A model generated the notes under the pieces. It had not been told where the DNA came from and made no database searches. It saw only the letters and a list, made by a program, of their open reading frames with translations. Below, piece after piece: positions 54,561 to 64,000 of a DNA stretch of 64,000 bases. The stretch is from positions 357,492,001-357,556,000 of the forward strand of contig OZ024740.1 of the NCBI GenBank assembly GCA_964016885.1, read 5' to 3'. Both the position numbers and the translations under genes were made by a program. Within the stretch, counting starts at the first letter, position 1. Every line of letters starts with the position of its first letter. Source of the DNA: Eledone cirrhosa. Taxonomy: Eukaryota.

Positions 54561-55247
54561 ACTGTACTTGCAATTAAAAAGTCCAACCATGTCACACACT
54601 GTGTCGCTGAATTTCCTCAGAATTACGTTAAAGGTACTTATACGATAATTTCCCAAGCAACTGCAACACTCTACGTCGAAAGCGATCGAGATCCATTCTA
54701 CATCCTACACACATATACACACACATATATACACGTGCGTGCATACAACGAATAGGTGACACTCCTTAACTTAAAATGTAATATACTACTTTTAACAACG
54801 TTAATTTCTCACGGTTAATGCCGGTTTTCTCGATAAAAAAAAGCTTATTTTTCATGTATCCAGGCAAACAACTCAAACACAATTAAACATTTATTTTATT
54901 TGAATGCAGTATTCATTGTGTTTGCTGAATTCATTTCGCGCCAAATTTGAATACATTTCTATGTAGTCATAACAGCCTATCTTCCTATTTATAACTAACT
55001 GACACTCCAGCAATGTATTAATAAATGTTGAGGGTGGTCGATACACAAAATTATTAGAACGTCGGATAAAAGGCCACTGCAGTATTTGTTCTGAATCACT
55101 ATATTCTGGGTTCAAATCCCACCGTGGCCAGTTTTGCCTTTCATTCTTCCAGGATCGATAAATAGAGAACAAGTCAAGTACTGGTGTTGATTTAATCAAC
55201 TTTATCTTTCCCAAAATTTGCTGGCCTTGTGCCTCAATTAGAAATCA

Positions 55248-55285
<38 letters not shown>

Positions 55286-56114
55286 AAATGTTTCTGAGAG
55301 AGAAAATAATAAAAAGAGATACAGGAAGAAGCGACCCCAGTACTGGGCTAGCACTTTATTTATCGACTTCGACAAGATGAACGGCAAAGTTGACCTCGGC
55401 CGGATACGACATCTGCCAATTTGCCGCCTTTTTTTTATTGCTTTACCTGTTGTCTTTTTTATGTCGCAGCTGTTCTTCTTTAGACTTAGGACAGTCCTGA
55501 TGAATCAGACCTTTGGTCAGAGGCATTCCAGCCATGACCATGGTAGGTTGGTAAGGTGTGATTTGAGGCAGATTTCGCTGCTATTTCTAGCAGATCGATT
55601 ACCACATTGAGGCGCTACGTTGACTCGTTAATTTTTATCTATTGTTAGCAATAACGTCTTCAAAGAATTGCTCTTTGGATACATTTGGGTTCCATTCCTT
55701 GTAATAAATTCCTGTGTTTCAAATAATCTACCGAATATGAAGAAAACAATGAACACAAAGAAGACATTGCAAATGCGAGGTGTCAACCGGTCTGCCTGTC
55801 TATGCGTCATTAATACAACACATGGTCTCTAGAACGCCACGAAACAGTAGTCATCATCACAACAAATGTATAGCAGTGTAATATATAACTAGTACACTGT
55901 GCATTACATCAGCACAAACTCACACAATGATATTCGTGCATTTATTTCCGTTAGTGCCTGGCTGTTACTCTAACATGTATATCCCCTTTGATACCAACCC
56001 ATCCAAAACGGCATCTGGTTCTATGAAACAAAACCACTTAATTTATATTTAAATCTTCCAACATAATCTGCTATAAGAACCGTCTGTTACGTTGTCTTAC
56101 AAATAGCATCTTAA

Positions 56115-56297
56115 TAATTGTTTCTACTTTTGGCACAAGGCCAGCAATTATCCCAATACATTACTGGTACTTTATTTTATCGACCCCGTAAGGATGAAAG
56201 GCAAAGTTAACCTCGGCGTAATTTGAACTCAGACCGTAAAGAGCCGTAACTCTACACTGCATAGCATGGCGTCCACTCTCCACCGATACTGCCAAGC
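56115..56297 (-). mobile_element. tRNA-derived SINE (family A)
   Basis: Full copy. Older degenerate copies lie near 55020-55250, 55340, 57540 and 58140. Confidence 0.85.
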
Positions 56298-58613
56298 ATC
56301 TTAATAATGATATAATAATTATTTTTCGTAAACCTCTGTAAGTCCTCCATTAATTCAAACACAGTTGATATTATTAGAAATATGGTAACAAAAGGGATGT
56401 AGGGATATATCCTTTTACTGGTCGCGCAGAACATTTTTCAGTCAGTCGAGTAAAACAACTGTACCTGCTTAACGAATGAGATTTTACCTGATCACTCGAC
56501 TTGCTTAAAATGGTAGATTAAATGACACCTTGCCTTGATAGGAAAGAATAATGCACGTTGGAAAAAATATAGATGGTCACGACTGGAATGTCTTTCATCA
56601 TAGATCCATTTGGTCATCACTAACCTGGGACTAATCAACATAAATCTCTTAATACACACACTCTTTTGATTTGTAAGAGTAAAATATAAGTGAAACGAGG
56701 AAGTTTATACATCGTGCAATGGTACGTATTTAAGTGGTGTTAATGGAGTGTATTGGTTGTCAAACGAGAATCGAAACTTCGCAAATTCGATTCTAGATTC
56801 CAAGCCAATTTCATTTCTTTTGCGCCCCTAATAACCCTGGGGAAAGACGTTAACATCACAGATTCCCGTTTAACCCTTACGCTTCGCATCACATACCAGT
56901 GATATTGGGAAACTGCGAGAACTGGCTTTACGGTTTATACTTTGGTGCCTTTTAAGTTTAATTCCCGACGTGGTTTGCTGTTTGCAAACAATTCGGAATA
57001 TTAAAGATGTACTGTTCAATGCAAAGATAACTGTTTTATCAGGAGAAGTTGTCTAAATTAATTATAGAACTTCTACATGGGCGTTCCACCTGATAGAAAT
57101 AGCAGTGAAATCTCCTCTCAGATCTTGTATAATGTGGTACTAGGCTTCTTCCCTGTAAATAGGAAAAAAACAGAATGGTCACTTTAGAATATTTTTGTTC
57201 AAAGATCTGCTTGATCAAGATTAAACTGAGGCTAAAGAACAACAACTACGGCAACCTCACACAGGGTAAGGAAACCTCTAATCCAGATACCAATTTTAAT
57301 CTGCCTCCTGACGTATAAATAAAGAAAACGGTTTATGCTTTAAGATCGAGATAGCAATTTATTTTAAGTGGCATACCTGTTTTTTTTTTTAAGTTAAAAG
57401 TAAAGAATATTTAACACTTGCTGGAGTCCTAGGGGCGCCTTTCTGATGCACGGTACGTCTTGGGTATTTCAAACCTGGCGGAACCCATCCCTATCTCGGT
57501 TTCTTCCAGCGAAAGAAAGACAGGAGAAGAACCAACGTTGGTGCTAGACTGGTACTTTATTTATAGAACTCGAAAGGATGAAAGACAAAGTTAAACTCGG
57601 CAGAATATAAAATTAGAGGACTGTGTTCCGGAACAAATATCACGGCATTTTAATCCAATGCTCTAACGACACAAACGTCGCCCTAATGACGCCCTAACGC
57701 CGCTTTAACGAGGCCTAAAAGCCACCTTACATACCTATTAATTTGTAAAATTAACGATCCATTATTTTTTCAGTATATATGCATTTCTACAGGTATTTAT
57801 GTAATTGCAATTCTAGTACTAAAACAATTATCCGACCCCTGATTAATGACACCTTCAGTGATTCCTTCGGTGGTTCTTTAATACGATTGTCTCGGAGAGA
57901 ACAGATGTGATGGCACCAGTTGTGAAGCTATATTCTTACAAGATTAGATACCATGTCACACCATAAGCACGTAAATCCTGATGGAGATGTAGGGACACCA
58001 TGGTTACATATGACGTGAACTGGGTATTTAAACGGGGTGGAGCCCATCCCTCTCCAGGTCAAAACGGCTGATTTTATCCAGAGAAATAGAGAGAGGGCGC
58101 GCGTGAGAAGGAGAGCACGCGAAAAAGAAATATAGAGGAAGAGTCGACCGCAGTATTGAACTGGTATAATATTTATCTACCTCAAAATAAGGAAAGACAA
58201 AGCTGACTTCGGTAGGATTTGAATACAGAAAGCAGAGATTCAGAACAAATATCACAAAGCATTCGATCCGACACACAATTCTGCCACGTCGCTTCCTTCA
58301 AGATCAGATAGAATTCGATACTGCCATTGTTGTGAACCTTACTTGCAGCAGCTGTTGCATGACACTACTATGCGATGTGTCTGAGTCAATAACATGCTAA
58401 CATCGTTGATAGTATGATATAATCCATCGTTTGTTTAAAGACACATTTGTGCTCTATGTACTGTTGGAAAGCCCCAAGCAGTTGAACAGATAGAATTTCT
58501 GTTTTCGTTGTTGTTCTTTAACACCCAAGTTAATTTTGATCAACCGGATTTATCCGCAAAAGCGTTCTAGCTGTGACTACCTCTTTGCTTTGTTTTATTT
58601 GTTTGTTTGTATC

Positions 58614-59523
58614 TGTAGCGGTTGTCTCCCTTGTTTTGATTAGGATCTAGACGGGAAGTGGAGCCCTTTCTGCAACTTCCGGTCAGAGCCCTATAAAACT
58701 AACAACTTTAACCACTCTTTCTCTCATTGCCTTTTCGGCACCAGGTCAAGAGCCTCACATTTGGCTCTGCCATTCATTTGGCCAACAGGCGCCTGGCCTT
58801 AGCCAGGCGTCCTCTGCCAGCCGCGTTTGCCTGGCAATCAAAACGGTAACTACTAACTTTGCTTCATTCTAACATCTATTCCTTTGACATGTCAAAAATA
58901 CTATCTACCATTGTTAATTAAATATTATCTACACAAACAATGTATTCCTTGTTACATTCATACAACCCAGTATTCTCGCTATATTGGTGACCCCGACGTG
59001 ATACGAACACGCAGCCGTTCGTCGCTATATTGGTAACCCTAACGTGATACGAACACGCAGCCGTTCATCGCTATAAGTGGTCACCCCAAAAAAAGAAAAA
59101 AATAGCACATCTGGTTTCGTGTGAGTAACATTACGAATACACAGTAAATTTATCGACAAACTATGAAAATACTCAGTAAAAGAAACACACGCACACACGC
59201 ACATGTGGAATTCGCACAGACAGACTTTTTCTCTCACGCATCAACTAACTGTCGCATTTCACCAATATATATATATATGTTTCTCGTTTCTTACAACGAA
59301 CACTTTCAAAACAAAAAAAAAAAACATTTCACGATATATATACATGTTTCTCGTTTCTTACAACGAACTCTTTCAAAACAAAAACAAAAAAAAAAGAAAT
59401 TTGATATTCTTTAAAAAACATTTCAACAGGAACATTTATTTTCGATGAACCATTGCCTTTTTGTTCATCGTTTTCTTCATCGTTCAAGTTTTTTTTTTTT
59501 CCAAAAGTTCACATCTCGCTATA
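58614..59523 (+). mobile_element. LTR element: one LTR, tandem PBS array, leader, and a 10-bp LTR terminus
   Basis: LTR TGTAGCG..CGCTATA (58614-58983); perfect 18-nt tRNA-Trp PBS at 58985-59002; terminus TCTCGCTATA at 59514-59523; TSD TATC. Confidence 0.8.
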
Positions 59524-60046
59524 TATCCTTTTCGGGCATTTTTGACAGAGTAGCCTTTTTCCATATATCTAAAACAGCATTTTCTAATGTCTCTTTTCAG
59601 TTTTTAAAGCAGTAAAGTTCCCTTGCACAAGCATTCTGATCGCAAATCCTGTCAAATGGTTTTTTCTACCAATTGTGCTAGACTACTTTCTCGTTAACAC
59701 ATAACCAAAGCCAGTGCCAAATATGACTAAAAGCAATGCCCCCAAAAAACGAAAGAACTGAGTTGACACGATTAGAATGTTTTTGATCATTAGCTGACTT
59801 GGGGCAGCGGTCTTCTGTTAATATACTTTTACGATATTAATGTGTTACTGGACTCGGCAGGTATTGTCATCTCTTTGAATGAGGTAAACTTCTTTTGAAC
59901 GAACTGAAAACTGTTTGAGCATTCTTCAGTAATTATTTAAGCAAAACGTCAACTTTTAGAACAGGATGGAACACTCCTCGTGGGCATACTAAATTTAAAA
60001 TCATCTGTTCAGGAAGTTTATTTTTAATTCACACGAAAAGAAAAAA

Positions 60047-60325
60047 GCTTTTTGCATCCCATAAAACTGAGGTCACCATCTTCCCCGCAGATGGAACGAC
60101 CTTGGTCTTCTTTGGAGCAGGTGAGGAGGGGTGTTTCACTGCATGAATTGTCTCTTTATCTCTGGCTCAAAGTGATGAACCCAAGATGAGTCTTGGGTTA
60201 GGAAACGTTAAAAAAAAAACAGTAGGGTCTGCCTCAAACAATGTAAAATTTTCCCTTGATATGATCAGCCTGGTGCGCTTTTGATCAGGTGTCGGAAAAC
60301 GTAGCACCCACTGAGCAGAAGCTAA
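60047..60325 (-). pseudogene. mariner transposase fragment
   Basis: SAQWVLRFPTPDQKRTRL (WVPxxL-like)..RFLTQDSSWVHHFEPEIKRQFMQ..PAPKKTKVVPSAGKMVTSVLWDAK. Confidence 0.8.
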
Positions 60326-61626
60326 TGAAGCAATTACTTTATGGTAAATTAGTTCTTGGTTTACATCTCCAATACAAACCAAACAAGAGATATCGTAATG
60401 TGAAAAGGTAAACTTCAGCCTTTGGACATTAACACAGTGAATCAGGAATATGTTGTACTAAATAGAAGTAAATTGGGAACAAATTGCACTAAAATGGAAT
60501 GAATTTCTGGTCGGTAACCAGGAAAATAACTAGCAATTTGAGAAAAATCATATAACCCATCATATACTAGCGTTCGAAAAAAGCAAAATGTTTAATTTCA
60601 ATATAGCAGAGGGAACACAGAAGCGATTCCAGCAATATTATCTATGGTCGAAATAATCTTTTAAAAGTCGAGCTTGACAACCATGAGAAATCATATATCA
60701 AGAAAACAGCATATATATATATATATATATATATAGGGAAAGCGAGAGAGAGAGATCTATCTTTACATAGGTAAAATACACAGGTTTTTTTTTGGGGGGG
60801 GGGGGGGGGTAAGCATTTTTTTCAAACACAATAATTGTATTAGTATCGCCAACCAAACAATTTTGCTTCTCTTTTCATTATTTAGATTTTTTTTTTCTTT
60901 GTTTGCTATGCTATGAGTCGTTTGTGGCTTGGTGTTGCCAAGGCGACATTTCTAGCAACAGGCGTCAGCTCCACGCTGTGTCACCCGGCAGACTGCTCTA
61001 ATAAAATAAAATAGAACAAGCTATATCGACGTAATTTCACAAATGTCACTTAACCATACGACCTATATTTTTTTCTTCATAAATTTTCCATTATATTTTA
61101 TAAATTAACTGGTTTGGTGTGGTGTATAAAATATCAATTTAGTTAAAATAATAGCCTTTTCACATGGCTTACATATTTATCTAATAAAAATATTAATCAT
61201 ACAGAAATGCATATATATGCATGTATCTATATCTATATATCTATATATCTATATATCTATCTACTTTAGAAGGAGAATCAGAATGGAGAGAGAGGCACTG
61301 CACCCCAGTAAATTTACTGAAAGGTGGGTGAATGTAGCAAAAATCGCCCGAGTGATTGGGCCTTCTCTCTATATATAAACCTGTAGGTTGAAGAAGAAAG
61401 CAAAAGGAAGAAAGGAGCACTTGCTCAACCCGCTCCTGGAGTTGAGGATTGTTCTATCGACGGGGTATTAAACCCATTTGTAACGCCTCCCCCCTATTGG
61501 AGATTTCGATTGTTAAATTTGTTTGTTGAAAATATATATTTTTTACACGATTGTATGTAAAATCCCCGGCATATGTCCTGTATTGTCCCCTTTTCTTGTG
61601 CGCCCTTGTGGCAAATAAGAAATATA

Positions 61627-61710
<84 letters not shown>

Positions 61711-62129
61711 AAAAAGTATGACCCCGACGGCAGAGCTCAAGCCGTTTCGACGGCTATTTCTGGACTAAATTAGAATTTTTTGCCTGGTGAATAAATAGCC
61801 GAACTTGTCAAGGGGGTACTTCCTTATATGGGAAGATTGTAGTTATCAAGAGGATTGGTTAAAATTTGTTGTAAACACAAATAAGTCTATCATGGCATTT
61901 GGTGGGAGGTAGGGGTGGCTGAACTTGCCTGTAGAACAATAGGGGAGTGAGTGGAGCGGTCAGGCGTTGAAAGTGATATGTATACAGCAGAATCTAAGGA
62001 TATATATATGTATGTGTGTATGTATCTAAGGATATATATATATGTATATGTGTATGAATCTAAGGATATATATATATGTATGTGTTTATGTATGTATGTA
62101 TATCCAATGATGTTGACTTGTTCTTTTTG

Positions 62130-62400
62130 GTAAATATCATCTTGGTTAAGAGAGTGGGACTGGGTTTGTGCAGTGCCTTTGCTCACTATAAAAGCTCACG
62201 GCACAGACATTGTTTATATCTGGAGATCTCTCTGCACTTGTCGTCACATGGTACCAAGGGCCCAGCACTATGTGTCAATAATTGTCACAAGTGTAGTGTT
62301 TGTACCAGAGTTTTCAAGTCGCTAGCTGGACTAAAAAGCCACACTCGTTCAGCGCATCGGTAGGGGTTCTCCTACATGAAAACGAGTTGGCAGCCACCAT
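62130..62400 (+). mobile_element. RTE-like LINE 3' end with a C2H2 finger
   Basis: HKCSVCTRVFKSLAGLKSHTRSAHR*, then a short UTR and a (TA)n tail. Confidence 0.55.
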
Positions 62401-64000
62401 ATATATATAGAGAGAGGGGGAGGTGGCATATATATCATTTTATAATTGTAATCGATTGTAATCGAAAAGTGAATTTACAATCTAGTAAAGTTTATTCATT
62501 TGTCGATAGCTGTCTTTCTAATGATTGTTTAGTGCCTGAACGAGCAAATGATGTGGAATTCCGTGGAGCAAATGTGTAAATCACCGACTTAATGCATACA
62601 TGCATGCACCCACGTGTACTCACACATACACACGCACATACACACGCACGCATGCACCACACACACACACAGAATTGGAATGAACAACCGTAGGTTTTCA
62701 ATATGGAGTATTTCCAATTGATCGATCAACTGATTTGTTTAGTTGTTATTATCAAATATCAACCAAGATATAAAAAAAAAAAAATTCCATATGCGATGAA
62801 CATAACATGTTCATAAATTGTAGCGCATATACAAATAGATGTGTTTTGGTAGTTCGGGGAGAAAAATATAATTATTGGGGGAGCCATGGCCCCTCTATTC
62901 TCCTCCCAGGTCCACTGTACCTGAAAAGGCCTGCAGCCACATGATGCGCCGGGTTTCGGTGCATGCCATTAACATCGTAGCCAAGTCAATAATATTTAAC
63001 AAAAACAAATGTAGCGTGATGACAGCTGTTGGGGTCGTAAATAAAAGAGTTGATAGGTGCAGTGCACAGCAGGCTCACCAGGACGGGCACACACCAAGTG
63101 GATATCCCGCCAGAATAACTGGAAAGATAATGTGACAAAATGTATTTGTAATATTGAAGAGGTGTGGCGTGCGACTAAAGCTGTAGGATTAGCTAATTAA
63201 TGACAACTGAACAAAGAAACTATCGTGGTATATATTGTGGTAAATTAAACCAGGTAGGTTTAAGTGCGATGTGCTTCCATCTCTGACTAATCTTAATTTT
63301 TGCGGCTGAAGTGATACTGCTTAATGTCATCAGTGCGGAGGTCATGCATTGTTGAATCAGCAATGCCAGGCTTTGACTATCCTTGATTATGCAGCACTAA
63401 AACAACGATGCAGCCGCATCAACAGAATGGGATTCAACACCAAATTGTTTTTCACAAGGAAAACTAGAAAGGACAACGCAAGAGTGTAAACAAAGGTATA
63501 TATTTGAATAATACTAATGATCGGAGGGTGCATGTGGATCTGAAGAGAGAGCTCGTGTTCCCAAGCCGAGTTGCAATTACAAAGTGCCCCTATAGCAGCT
63601 CTTATTATTGCGTGTTGATGCTGGGATGAGATGGTGGTGTGTTGTGGTGTTGATTCGATTGTTGTGTGTACTCACTTGTGGATTGCTCAATTGTGTGGTC
63701 ACTGTTGTGTAGAATATAGGCGAAAGAAGATTGGTGAGCCTGATAGAGCGTGACCAGAGAATACGGGCGTGTAAATAAGTGTCCATGATGATAATGAAGC
63801 CTTAGGCAAATGATTTACTATATATCAACCACAATGTTACTAATTTATTATATATATAACTTTTGTCGAAGTTATACGACAATACATGAAGAACAAATAA
63901 CCACTGTTGAATTGTATGATGTTGAATCAGGTATGATTTGTATGTGTGTTTGTTTGCAAAAGTATTATTAGAAATGTATTTATAACGGAATACTCCTATG

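Noticed and set aside
58977-59087. CRISPR array or tRNA gene
   Set aside because: Eukaryotic context, no unique spacers and no cas genes; only the antisense 3' part of tRNA-Trp including CCA is present.
59530-59990. Possible Tc1/Tc3 transposase relic on the minus strand
   Set aside because: Only faint C-terminal resemblance and many stops.
61719-61730. TGACCCCGACG resembling a tRNA-Trp PBS
   Set aside because: It lacks the TGG and an upstream LTR; it is the start of a dispersed repeat.
62076-62363. Host C2H2 zinc-finger exon
   Set aside because: A single finger followed by a stop, short UTR and TA tail fits an RTE LINE end better.
63130-63850. Possible solo LTR
   Set aside because: I could not define termini or a TSD.

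Overview
A 64-kb eukaryotic, repeat-saturated window with no recognisable host gene. The SINE families and the abundant (TA)n/(CA)n microsatellites suggest an octopod cephalopod (inference). It contains two near-complete Penelope-like retroelements (PLEs): a Neptune-like element (+, 20201-25496) and a Nematis-like element (-, 31426-35930). It also contains several PLE endonuclease fragments, about a dozen short foldback (palindromic) pseudo-LTR relics in (TA)n tracts, many with minimal hammerhead ribozymes, three tRNA-Trp-primed LTR elements and a solo LTR. DNA elements include hAT, Chapaev3 and mariner transposons and three non-autonomous Helitrons; CR1, CRE and RTE LINE fragments and many tRNA-SINEs are also present. 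Most notable: (1) an LTR element whose PBS is a polarised tandem array of LTR-end plus extended tRNA-Trp copies, with a mismatch exactly opposite tRNA A58; (2) a Neptune PLE with an upstream ORF1 joined to the RT frame at a T_TTT_TTA slippery heptamer; (3) a diverse population of hammerhead-bearing hairpin mini-elements, including non-canonical cores. Most short ORFs in the track are microsatellite artefacts. All folds and alignments were done by eye.
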